From positions 1 to 31,321 of IMG/VR virus record IMGVR_UViG_3300005512_000205: DNA of 31,321 nucleotides. One strand, given 5' to 3'. Positions 7,449 through 16,059 of this stretch are shown one piece after another. Made by a program: the position numbers and the translations under genes. The first letter of the stretch is position 1; the number at the start of each line of letters is the position of its first letter. The notes beneath the pieces were generated by a model. The model had not been told where the DNA came from, searched no databases, and saw only the letters and a list, made by a program, of their open reading frames with translations. This DNA is from a virus (Duplodnaviria; Caudoviricetes).

Positions 7449-8408
7449 TTATGCCGCCTCAGCGTATTCAATAGCCTTATCTAGTGCATTTAATTTTACC
7501 TTACGGTTACGTCCATACCATGCAGACTGCAAGCGAGAGTCGTTCTCACGACCTTGCAAGTGGTCAGTCATGTGTGTGACTGAGTTAAATGCAGTCCACC
7601 ATGAACCTTGAGCAAAGTTAGCGCCAGGTTGTGTATCCAAGTTCTCAAAGGCAGTCTTTGCATTACGAGAAGTGAAAGGAATAACATTGTCCACTTTTTC
7701 TTTTGCAGGAGCACCAAACACCTCATTGAAGTATTGGATTACGTTATCGGCAGTGTAGCGTTTTGAACCCAAGAACGCAGCCATTGATTTGTATTGTTCC
7801 ATTTTTTCACGAGCAATACCCATCTGTTCTTTAACCATATCTGGGTCAAATGCCTTACGATGGTTTACTGTAACCATCTTGTCAGTTTCTTGTGAAAGAG
7901 ACAATGTAAGAGTATTGTTACATACAACACGAATTGGTGTCATACGAATATTGATTGACTTACCAAACTGGTGTGGGTTAGTAAACAAGAAGTAGTTATC
8001 TGTTACATCACCGTTGAACAGTTCAAAAGATTCTTTGGTTTTTGCAAGTGCCCAAACCATCTGTCCATTCTTGAGTGAACCAGCAGTGTGCATTTCCATG
8101 TCACCAGCCATAACATAGTCATGGAAGAATTCAAATGCCTCTGAGTTTTGCACTGGATTCCAACCAGTTCCAACAACATCAAGGATTGCACCATCAGAGG
8201 AACGAACAAGTGCCTCTTTGTTTGGAACGATTGTTCCATTTGGTGTCATCAGTTTTTCTTTTGTGACTTCCCAATTCAGTCCAGCAACTTCTTGGAATTG
8301 AGCAGGAGTCAAATCCTGTTCTACCTTAGTACCAAGTCCGTGCCATGGTAATTCACCAACGTATGCCATTTGTGCGTTACCGTTTACGATTTCAAGTTCA
8401 TGTGCCAT
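7449..8408 (-). CDS. DUF932/DUF945 family phage/plasmid-like protein
   Basis: MAYVGELPWHGLG..PVQNSEAFEFF..HTAGSLKNGQMVWALA..TPIRVVCNNTL..GSWWTAFNSVT..DH. Confidence 0.88.
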   Translation of the reverse strand: MAHELEIVNGNAQMAYVGELPWHGLGTKVEQDLTPAQFQEVAGLNWEVTKEKLMTPNGTIVPNKEALVRSSDGAILDVVGTGWNPVQNSEAFEFFHDYVMAGDMEMHTAGSLKNGQMVWALAKTKESFELFNGDVTDNYFLFTNPHQFGKSINIRMTPIRVVCNNTLTLSLSQETDKMVTVNHRKAFDPDMVKEQMGIAREKMEQYKSMAAFLGSKRYTADNVIQYFNEVFGAPAKEKVDNVIPFTSRNAKTAFENLDTQPGANFAQGSWWTAFNSVTHMTDHLQGRENDSRLQSAWYGRNRKVKLNALDKAIEYAEAA

Positions 8409-8446
8409 AATATAAATCTCCGTTTGTTTTCTCAGTTTGTATATTC

Positions 8447-8475
8447 ATAATACCCTGTTTTGAGAACAAAGTCAA
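8447..8475 (-). promoter_or_regulatory. Sigma70-type early promoter for the DUF932 gene
   Basis: TTGACT-17 nt-TATTAT, followed by a GGAG SD. Confidence 0.8.
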
Positions 8476-9002
8476 GATGTTTTTACAACTTTTTTCAACT
8501 TTTTTGCAGCTTTCTTTTTTGCCATATCTAACTTGAGTTTTGACGCATACATTGTGAAGTTCTTTCCTTCCATATGGTCATACTCATGTTGGAAGATACG
8601 AGCAGTAAGCCCAGAAAACTTACCTTTTTGTTGATTTCCTTCCATATCCATGTATTCAAACTCAATCATCTTTGAGCGTTTTAGGTTTAGGAAAAGGTAT
8701 GGATAGGTTAGACACCCTTCCATAAAGAACTCAGTTTCTTCAGATTCCCAAATGATTTTGGGATTGATATACATCTCAATGTTACCATCTTTCAAATCTG
8801 TATACATGACAAATGCACGAATAGGCAATCCACACTGATTCGCAGACAACCCAATACCACGCATCGCAGCCATAGTGCCTTTTAGATTATCATATAATTC
8901 TTGTGTTGTCAAGTCATGTTTTTCTTTTATTTCTTCAACAGTCGTTTCTGGTAGTTTTACCATCAGTGATGGACTGTCTGCTTCAATTAATTTATATATC
9001 AT
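8472..9002 (-). CDS. def: Peptide deformylase
   Basis: All three PDF motifs: GIGLSANQCG, EGCLT, QHEYDHMEG; ATGA overlap with the upstream stop sets the start at 9002. Confidence 0.95.
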   Translation of the reverse strand: MIYKLIEADSPSLMVKLPETTVEEIKEKHDLTTQELYDNLKGTMAAMRGIGLSANQCGLPIRAFVMYTDLKDGNIEMYINPKIIWESEETEFFMEGCLTYPYLFLNLKRSKMIEFEYMDMEGNQQKGKFSGLTARIFQHEYDHMEGKNFTMYASKLKLDMAKKKAAKKLKKVVKTS

Positions 9003-9523
9003 GTTCTTCCCCAAAACTCTATTGGTTTAACTTGTTTAGAATTGTAAAATAGATACCAACAACAGTTATCTTTACCAACACTACTACTACCTTCAATCCA
9101 CTTAATTCTTCCTATACTAACAACTTTTTTTAACTTTGTCAAGTAGGGAATTGATTGTTTTGTATGCATCCAATCAGAATCAAACAACAACCAAGTTGGA
9201 GCCATATCAGAAAACTTTTCAATCATAGGATGAAGTATTTTTCTATCCCAAGGCGGGTTTGTTATAATATATGGTGTTTCTATTTGTTCTAATAACAAAG
9301 CATCATACATCATAACTCTTTCACTTTGCGGTTCAATGTCATATGCGTGTGTGCATTTTCCACCATTCTTTTCTAGATGTTCTATAAGTCTACCATCACC
9401 AGCACATGGTTCTATAAATGTAAACCACTCTGGTAGATGTTCAACAAGAGGTTCTACAGCTGCATATGGAGTTGGATAGAAGTCTCTTGGTTTTCTTTCA
9501 AATTCACTACGTTTTCCCATCAT
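8999..9523 (-). CDS. Small SAM-dependent DNA amino-methyltransferase (probably m6A)
   Basis: DFYPTP, SAM-binding EPCAGDG, catalytic ITNPPW. Confidence 0.82.
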   Translation of the reverse strand: MMGKRSEFERKPRDFYPTPYAAVEPLVEHLPEWFTFIEPCAGDGRLIEHLEKNGGKCTHAYDIEPQSERVMMYDALLLEQIETPYIITNPPWDRKILHPMIEKFSDMAPTWLLFDSDWMHTKQSIPYLTKLKKVVSIGRIKWIEGSSSVGKDNCCWYLFYNSKQVKPIEFWGRT

Positions 9524-11229
9524 ACCACCAAATGACTGAAGTTCTTTTCTTTCTTAAACTGAATAATACTTCTAAATTTATCAAACAACATATCCTGTTT
9601 ATGAGAAATCACAAATACATTCTGATCGTGGAATGTGTTTAGAATCTTTAAGAAGTCATCTGTTCCAGCTCCATCCAAAGAACTGTCAAAGATTTCATCA
9701 AGAATGAGTAGATTAGTATTGGTTGAGTTCTTCATCTTTGCAACAGCTCTCCATGTAAAGAGTAGTGCCAAGTCGATACGCATCTTCTCACCTTCAGAGA
9801 ATGATGCATAAGAAAACTCATCACGAAAACGTGACTTAATAGTTTCTTGAAAGTTTTCGTCAATATTAAAGTTGACAAAGAAATCCATAGAGGATAGATA
9901 TGTGTTTACCAATTTGTTCATAATTGGCAAGTATTGTTTTACAATCTTAGTTTTAATACCACTGTCTTGTAAAAGATTTCGTGCTACATCAATATAAAAC
10001 TGGTCTTCCTTCAGCTTACTGCGTTGTTCATTTATAAGTTTAATCTGTCCTTTTAATTCAGACAGTTTTTCTTTGTCTTCATCTGATACTGAACCTTTTT
10101 CATAGGTTTCAATATCTTTCTGTAACTTAGCATTAAACTTTTCCATTTCTGTAATAGATGCACGAATCTTTGCAATCTCTACATCATTCTTACGAATAGT
10201 TTCTAAGTTTACTAGTATTGATTGGAGTCTGTCTTGTTCTTCTGATTCCATTCTCTCAATATCTCTGAGAGCGGTTTGAAGTTCTCCGACTTTTTCATTT
10301 CTAGATTCGATCTGCGTCTGCTTTGTTGCATCCGTAATTGATTGCTCGCAAGTCGGGCATTCATCGTTTTTCTGGAAAAATTCGATCTGACGGTCATGTT
10401 CACCCTTTCTATTTTGAAGTGCTGCTTCAGTCTTACTTAGTTTTTTAAGTTTTTGTTCAATCTTAGCCTTTTCTTCTGCATCATAAGATAATTCATTAGA
10501 TTCAATCTCAAGTGCTTTGATGTCATCTTTTTTAAAACTAATTGTAGAATTGTTGTCAAAAATCTTCTGTTTGTTTTCTGCAATAATTCCAGACTTATTG
10601 TTAATTACTTCCTCAATAAACTTTTCTTGAAGTGCAATCTTCTCTTTGTTCAAATCATATTGATACTCCACATTACGAATTTCTTCTGTAAGTTCTTTGT
10701 TTTTGTTCTTCAATAGGAAGTTCATCAAAGAGAACACTTTAATGTCTAGAATATCCTCTACAACCTCACGGCGTGCCTTTGTAGACAACTGCATAAATGG
10801 AACAAAGGTAGAAGAACCTAGAATAACAACCTGTGTAAATGAACGATAATTGAGTCCCATAATTTGTTGTTCTAGATACTTCTGATAATCCCTTGCATTT
10901 GCATCTTGGTTTATCATGTTGTCATTTACATAGACTTCAAACTTATTAGGTTTGATACCACGACATACACGAACCTCTTTTCCACCAACATTGAAACACA
11001 CTTCAACCATGGCTGAACCACCATTGACAGAGTTTACAAGTTGGGACTTGGAAATGTTACGAAACGGTTTATTGAACAGTCCAAAACACAATGCATCCAG
11101 AATAGTGGATTTACCAGCACCGTTCTCACCAATGATCAAAGTAGTTGGACTTCTATCCAACTGAATTTCTGTAAAGTTATTCCCTGTTGAAAGAAAGTTC
11201 TTCCAACGCACATATTTAAAGGTAATCAA
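9520..11229 (-). CDS. gp46: Recombination nuclease ATPase subunit (Rad50/SbcC-like)
   Basis: GENGAGKST, CPTC zinc hook, FSEGEKMRIDLAL, LILDEIFDSSLD; TTG start. Confidence 0.97.
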   Translation of the reverse strand: MITFKYVRWKNFLSTGNNFTEIQLDRSPTTLIIGENGAGKSTILDALCFGLFNKPFRNISKSQLVNSVNGGSAMVEVCFNVGGKEVRVCRGIKPNKFEVYVNDNMINQDANARDYQKYLEQQIMGLNYRSFTQVVILGSSTFVPFMQLSTKARREVVEDILDIKVFSLMNFLLKNKNKELTEEIRNVEYQYDLNKEKIALQEKFIEEVINNKSGIIAENKQKIFDNNSTISFKKDDIKALEIESNELSYDAEEKAKIEQKLKKLSKTEAALQNRKGEHDRQIEFFQKNDECPTCEQSITDATKQTQIESRNEKVGELQTALRDIERMESEEQDRLQSILVNLETIRKNDVEIAKIRASITEMEKFNAKLQKDIETYEKGSVSDEDKEKLSELKGQIKLINEQRSKLKEDQFYIDVARNLLQDSGIKTKIVKQYLPIMNKLVNTYLSSMDFFVNFNIDENFQETIKSRFRDEFSYASFSEGEKMRIDLALLFTWRAVAKMKNSTNTNLLILDEIFDSSLDGAGTDDFLKILNTFHDQNVFVISHKQDMLFDKFRSIIQFKKEKNFSHLVV

Positions 11230-12290
11230 AGTTCCAAATCACTCGCTTCTACATACAATGACTTCATCATACTAGTCAATCGTTTTTTGTCTAAGTCAAC
11301 ATCAAGTTCATCAATATAACGCTCGATTAGAGTCATGTTGTCTTCTGCATTCTCAATAATTGTATCATCAACATTAGACGCATCTAGTTCACTAAAGTCC
11401 TCAACAATCTTTACCTCATGGGCTCCAGATTCAGATAGAACTTTATCTATAAACCTATCGAACTGATAAATGTCTTTTTTATTAACAACCACGATCTTAA
11501 CATACTTCTGGTTCAATGTCAAGACATCAAAGGTATCGTAACTACCATTAGAGTCATCATAATAAACCTTTTCAAAGATTGTGAATGGATTTACAATACG
11601 ATCAAGTTCTCGTGTCTCTGTATCAAAGATATGGAAACCCTTTGGACAGCCATTGTCACTCCATGTCATCTGATATGTATTACCCAAGTAATAGATATGT
11701 CCATCATCAGACTTCTTGTGAAAATGTCCACTGAATACAGTGTCAAACTTGTTTAGAAAACCTTTATCATATCCACCTTCTGCAAAATGTCCAGCGTGCA
11801 TTTCAAACCCATTGATTTCTAAATGCCCCATTGCAACTTGTGCTTTGGTTTCTTTGATATGATTCATTGTGTGTGCATAGTTATCAGAACAAATCCACGG
11901 CAAGAAACAGATAGGCGTTCCATCAAACTCTACTGTTGTAGCTTCTGGATAAACATATAGACTAGGGAATCTTCCCTCTACCAGTTCTGATAGAGAGTTG
12001 ACTTCATTTGTATTTTTGTAGAATGTATCGTGATTACCAACCATCATATGGACAGTAACCCCCAAGTCTACAAACCTTTGGACAAACCGCTCACGAAAAT
12101 CTTTGGCAATCTTATAGGAGACAAACTTTCGTCTATCCATAACATCGCCCAAGTGAATAACCGTATCAATACCGTGTTCTTCAATATAAGGAAAGAAAGT
12201 CTCTTCCCAAAACTTGTAGAAGTATTCATTAAATGCTAGGTTATCGTTACGGGCGCCAAAGTGAGTATCAGTAATCAGCGCTATTTTCAT
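11226..12290 (-). CDS. gp47: Recombination nuclease subunit (Mre11/SbcD-like)
   Basis: DTHFGAR, HLGD, GNHD and SGHFH metallophosphoesterase motifs. Confidence 0.97.
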   Translation of the reverse strand: MKIALITDTHFGARNDNLAFNEYFYKFWEETFFPYIEEHGIDTVIHLGDVMDRRKFVSYKIAKDFRERFVQRFVDLGVTVHMMVGNHDTFYKNTNEVNSLSELVEGRFPSLYVYPEATTVEFDGTPICFLPWICSDNYAHTMNHIKETKAQVAMGHLEINGFEMHAGHFAEGGYDKGFLNKFDTVFSGHFHKKSDDGHIYYLGNTYQMTWSDNGCPKGFHIFDTETRELDRIVNPFTIFEKVYYDDSNGSYDTFDVLTLNQKYVKIVVVNKKDIYQFDRFIDKVLSESGAHEVKIVEDFSELDASNVDDTIIENAEDNMTLIERYIDELDVDLDKKRLTSMMKSLYVEASDLEL

Positions 12291-12834
12291 TTATATCGTC
12301 ACCTTCATCATCATAAAATTTTTCAAGGCCTTTTGGTTCAGTTTTCTTTTTCTTCTTAGGTTTGTAAACTGCCTCATCTGGTAGGAAGTTCTTTTGTAGA
12401 TATTCAACAAATTGTCCTTGTTCCATGTCTTCACCGGCCGCAAGAACATCAACACTCATATTTTCAATAATTTTGTGACGAATATGTTGTTGTTTCTTTT
12501 CTTTCTGAATTCTACGAATAAACGCATAGTAGATAATTTGCGTAAAGTATGCAAATGGATTCTTTGATTTGTCTGGGTTGAAGTTGGATGCATACTGCAA
12601 ACAGTTTTCAATCCCATCAGAAATCATTTCTTCCCTATAGGTATAATTAATAAAATTTGGTCTGTATGATAGATGGTTTGCAATCTTTAGGAAGCATTCT
12701 CCGATATAATTAGTCACTGGTGGTTGTGGGTCACCTAGTTCCTCTGCTTCCTTGCAACGCTCTTTCCATTCTTTCATTGCTTCTAGGAACTGTGCATTAT
12801 TGACATAATGCGCTCCCTTTGGTTTTTTAGTCAT
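12268..12834 (-). CDS. gp55: Late-transcription sigma factor
   Basis: HYVNN..YIGECFLKIANHLSYRPNFINYTYREEMISDGIENC..NPFAYFTQIIYYAFIRRIQKEKKQ. Confidence 0.97.
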   Translation of the reverse strand: MTKKPKGAHYVNNAQFLEAMKEWKERCKEAEELGDPQPPVTNYIGECFLKIANHLSYRPNFINYTYREEMISDGIENCLQYASNFNPDKSKNPFAYFTQIIYYAFIRRIQKEKKQQHIRHKIIENMSVDVLAAGEDMEQGQFVEYLQKNFLPDEAVYKPKKKKKTEPKGLEKFYDDEGDDINENSADY

Positions 12835-12879
12835 AATAACTCCACATATTTGGTTGCCTTTATTGCAACTTATTGATAC

Positions 12880-12908
12880 ATAATACTATATCTTGATTCA
12901 GATGTCAA
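12880..12908 (-). promoter_or_regulatory. Sigma70-type promoter for the gp55-47-46 operon
   Basis: TTGACA-17 nt-TATTAT. Confidence 0.82.
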
Positions 12909-12933
12909 GAAGTAATTTAATTTCAAAAATCTA

Positions 12934-12962
12934 TTGACAAGCTCTTGACAAAGAGGTATATT
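12934..12962 (+). promoter_or_regulatory. Divergent sigma70-type promoter pointing antisense into the uvsW operon
   Basis: TTGACA-17 nt-TATATT on the plus strand; no credible plus-strand gene downstream. Confidence 0.6.
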
Positions 12963-12986
12963 ACCTATGCTGGGTTTGATAATAGA

Positions 12987-13379
12987 TTAATGTATAAGCT
13001 TAGAGTCTGGAGAACCAAACTCTTCATCCCACTCTTCTTCTTCTATTTCTTTAAGATCTCTTCTTGTTGGTAGAACAACATCATTTTCTTCATGGTTCAT
13101 CTTTTTAACACAATATTCATAAAATTTTGATAAACCATAGGAGGCATTGGCCATCACAATGACTTGAGTTTTAGGAATATCAAAAACTTTATTATCTGCA
13201 AAATGAACCCATCTCTGAAGAGTCAGAGCTTCTTCAATACCATTCCTTGTCGCTCTTGGATATGACTGAACTTTCATAGGATCAGAAATACTAAGGTAAG
13301 TTGGGTGTTGTTCATCATTTTCTAGGTTACATATAATCTCTTCACCACTTGACAACTTTAATATTTTTGTTATTGTCAT
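12987..13379 (-). CDS. Conserved hypothetical protein between uvsW and gp55 (possible Sm-like fold)
   Basis: KILKLSSGEEIIC..P..LQRW pattern, acidic tail ending KLIH; ATGA overlap with uvsW. Confidence 0.75.
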   Translation of the reverse strand: MTITKILKLSSGEEIICNLENDEQHPTYLSISDPMKVQSYPRATRNGIEEALTLQRWVHFADNKVFDIPKTQVIVMANASYGLSKFYEYCVKKMNHEENDVVLPTRRDLKEIEEEEWDEEFGSPDSKLIH

Positions 13380-14851
13380 TTAATTCTTATCCTTTTAATT
13401 TCATAATCAAATTGTTCTTCATTATAGATATTTATTCTTTCTAAAAAGTGGTTGATAGTGAAGTTCTTCCTTGATTTGTATGTAAGATCATCTGCAATGT
13501 CAAAGAGGGTAGCGGTATCTTTAGTTTCACTCCGGCGCAATCCACGGCCAATTGATTGCAGCGTTCTAACTCTGGACTTACTTGGACTTGAGAACACGAT
13601 GTTGTGAAGGTTACGAATGTTAATACCAGTAGAAAACGTGCCATAAGATGCCACGATGATTGCGTCTTTTTCATTTTCTGTGATTGCTCTAATATCTTCA
13701 CGAGTTTGTGTGTCAGTGCCTCCATACACATAGAATACTTTCCTGTCTGTAGAGTTTTTGATTAAATCATGTAAAATACTTCCATGTTTCTCTACAAATT
13801 GAAATAGAACTAATGTATTACCTTTTAGTGCCAAAGTCAAGTCTTTTATAAAAGCATTTCTTTTTGGATGGGTAACGATAAAATCTATTTCGTCTTGATA
13901 GTTCATATCCTTGACAAGTTTACATTCATGTTCTGGATATGTGAGAATCAAAGACTTGATCTTAAACGATGCTAATGTTTTTTCATCAATCAACTCTTTT
14001 GTGGAAACAACTTTATTTAGTGTTCCAAACAAGCCTTCCAAAACAAGTCTGTGTGTTTGCATTCCATCTAATGTTCCTGTCAAACCAAAACGGTATTTGC
14101 ACAGATGAAGTTTTGTTAGAATAGATGTCAGAGATTTTGCTTTGAATAGATGTGCTTCATCACCAATCACACAACCGAATTGTTCAAAATAACTTTTAGG
14201 AAACTTGTAGATAGATTGCCATGTAGATATAACAACTGGTTTTGTTACTTGTTTATCGTGTCCACTGTAAATCTTCTGCATATAAGCTTCTTGCCATCCA
14301 TAGTCAATAAAGTCAGAATACATCTGTTCAACTAGAGATGTTGTTGGAACAAGAATGAGAATTTTATCTGTTGCTTGTTTTTGCAAAAGCAACATATAAT
14401 ATCGAACAAGTATATAGATTATAAGTGACTTACCAGAAGCAGTAGGACTAAGAAGAAGGGCCCTATGATTTCGGATAGCATAATCCACGGCATCAATTTG
14501 ATAATTACGAGGTTTGATATTTCTTCCATTGGATCGAAGTCTAAGCTGTCTAATGAATCCATCAAGAGTTGGTCTGTCGATTGTTTTTTCATTTTTTAGT
14601 TCCTCACTTATTGTAAATTCTTCTTCATAATCTGTCAAATATTTTTGTAGATATGGAAGTAATCCAAGATAAAGTTCTCCTGTTGCTGGAGAAAATAATC
14701 TAATTTTACCATCCCAAATTCTATTCCTGTAAGCAGGCATAAAACGAGCGCCAGGAACTTCAAATGTAAAAAAGTCAGATATAGCTCTAGCAGTAGATGC
14801 TTCAGTATCTACTCTAAGAAAGACTTCATTTTTCTTTGAGATGGTAGTCAA
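13376..14851 (-). CDS. uvsW: UvsW SF2 DNA/RNA helicase
   Basis: WDGKIRLF, SPTASGKS, GDEAH, GLTGT, QSIGRGLR; TTG start. Confidence 0.97.
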   Translation of the reverse strand: MTTISKKNEVFLRVDTEASTARAISDFFTFEVPGARFMPAYRNRIWDGKIRLFSPATGELYLGLLPYLQKYLTDYEEEFTISEELKNEKTIDRPTLDGFIRQLRLRSNGRNIKPRNYQIDAVDYAIRNHRALLLSPTASGKSLIIYILVRYYMLLLQKQATDKILILVPTTSLVEQMYSDFIDYGWQEAYMQKIYSGHDKQVTKPVVISTWQSIYKFPKSYFEQFGCVIGDEAHLFKAKSLTSILTKLHLCKYRFGLTGTLDGMQTHRLVLEGLFGTLNKVVSTKELIDEKTLASFKIKSLILTYPEHECKLVKDMNYQDEIDFIVTHPKRNAFIKDLTLALKGNTLVLFQFVEKHGSILHDLIKNSTDRKVFYVYGGTDTQTREDIRAITENEKDAIIVASYGTFSTGINIRNLHNIVFSSPSKSRVRTLQSIGRGLRRSETKDTATLFDIADDLTYKSRKNFTINHFLERINIYNEEQFDYEIKRIRIK

Positions 14852-15280
14852 TTATAAAGTTCCCTCTGTAAATCTCTTCCAATCAATAGAGTTCTTAATG
14901 TTTTGATGTCTCCATGTAAGTTCAGTAATAACTTCAGTGCAGACGAAAAGACATTGTTCATAATATGCAATCTTGTTTTTAAGATTGTTCATATCTTCAT
15001 CACCATCCAAGTAAAGAGGTATATCTGCCTTCAATACTTTATGGTCGAATGGTTTATCTCTATAAATCTCAGCAGTAGCTTTACCACCATAATATTCTGT
15101 CTTTTGAAGTTTAAGAACATTCAAGTCACCTTTTGTTTTCTTAACAAGAAGTGACCAGTTACTATGGTATCTCAACCACTTGCTTTTTAGATTGGGGATT
15201 TTAAGGGATTCGATGTCAAGAGAAAGGTCATCAATCTGACTATCTTTCTCTGCTTCTTTTTGCAGTTCTTCTAAGGTCAT
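14852..15280 (-). CDS. uvsY: Recombination mediator UvsY
   Basis: ESLKIPNLKSKW..EYYGGKA..Y..KPF..KVLK..IKNSIDWKRF; adjacent to uvsW. Confidence 0.92.
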   Translation of the reverse strand: MTLEELQKEAEKDSQIDDLSLDIESLKIPNLKSKWLRYHSNWSLLVKKTKGDLNVLKLQKTEYYGGKATAEIYRDKPFDHKVLKADIPLYLDGDEDMNNLKNKIAYYEQCLFVCTEVITELTWRHQNIKNSIDWKRFTEGTL

Positions 15281-15309
15281 TATATATTCACATCCTAATA
15301 ATAAAAAGG

Positions 15310-15398
15310 TGAGCAGAGATTGGTTGGAACTTGCTGTCCTATATTATCTCGCAGTGGAGACTCAAACAATGATTGTTCAAGTTCACCGTATCTGCTCA
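15310..15398 (-). ncRNA. Candidate multi-stem structured RNA in the uvsY leader, family not recognised
   Basis: Nested stems UGAGCAGA/UCUGCUCA, GAACUUG/CAAGUUC, AACAA/UUGUU and UCUC/GAGA; begins 4 nt after TATAAATA and is followed by a U-rich tract. Confidence 0.5.
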
Positions 15399-15402
15399 GT
15401 TA

Positions 15403-15410
15403 TATTTATA
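15403..15410 (-). promoter_or_regulatory. Late promoter overlapping the gp3 stop
   Basis: TATAAATA. Confidence 0.75.
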
Positions 15411-15966
15411 AAACTTCAAACTCATACAAATCATAACTAAAAGTGACTGTTGCACTCAACTGTTCTGTATCCGTAGTTTGTGCGTTATATTGAACACCAC
15501 CTAGAGATGTCGGGTAAATTGCTTTAAAATTAACCCTAGCAACTGCATTATTCTTATTTGTAAGGATAGTTAAAGTTGCATCAGAAACTAGTGTAGATGG
15601 ATTTGTTAATTGTTTGTTTGATGGTTTTAGTCCAGCATCCTCTGCAACAGCTGTTGCAAATTGTGTTGGCGTTTTTGGAAATCCGATTCCTGTCATCCAA
15701 TTATGAATTTCACGATAATTAGAGAAATCTTCATTTATCAAAAATGTTACTTCTAGTGGAGAAAAATCTAAGGTATCTCCCATGAAAGGAACACCTTTAT
15801 ATCTTGTATTCAATACTGCATCACCACTAAATGCAATGCCAGGAATATTTACAGATGTAATAAAATACTCTACATTTGGAGTTTTGATAATATTGAATCG
15901 AAACTGACTTGGACTTGCAAAATCCAAGTTACTTGGTTGTCTCGCTAGTGGGTTAATTGCTACCAT
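15406..15966 (-). CDS. gp3: Tail completion / tube terminator protein (gp3-like, tube fold)
   Basis: SPSQFRF..VEYF..VNIPG..GDTLDFSPLEVTFLINEDFSNYREIHNWM..SDATLTIL..F..IYPTSL; position after gp23. Confidence 0.82.
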   Translation of the reverse strand: MVAINPLARQPSNLDFASPSQFRFNIIKTPNVEYFITSVNIPGIAFSGDAVLNTRYKGVPFMGDTLDFSPLEVTFLINEDFSNYREIHNWMTGIGFPKTPTQFATAVAEDAGLKPSNKQLTNPSTLVSDATLTILTNKNNAVARVNFKAIYPTSLGGVQYNAQTTDTEQLSATVTFSYDLYEFEVL

Positions 15967-15984
15967 AGTTTTCTTCCTTTATAG

Positions 15985-15992
15985 TATTTATA
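15985..15992 (-). promoter_or_regulatory. Late promoter for gp3
   Basis: TATAAATA just after the gp23 terminator. Confidence 0.8.
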
Positions 15993-16001
15993 ACGCCAAA
16001 C

Positions 16002-16029
16002 AAAAAAGGGGCGAACCGAAGTCCGCCCC
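16002..16029 (-). terminator. Rho-independent terminator after gp23
   Basis: GGGGCGGAC-TTCG-GTTCGCCCC-TTTTTT, with a T4-typical cUUCGg tetraloop. Confidence 0.92.
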
Positions 16030-16059
16030 AAGTCTACTTAATCAAGTTTCTTATTATGA

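Noticed and set aside
15310-15398. Hammerhead ribozyme
   Set aside because: It forms a junction but lacks the CUGANGA and GAAA core.
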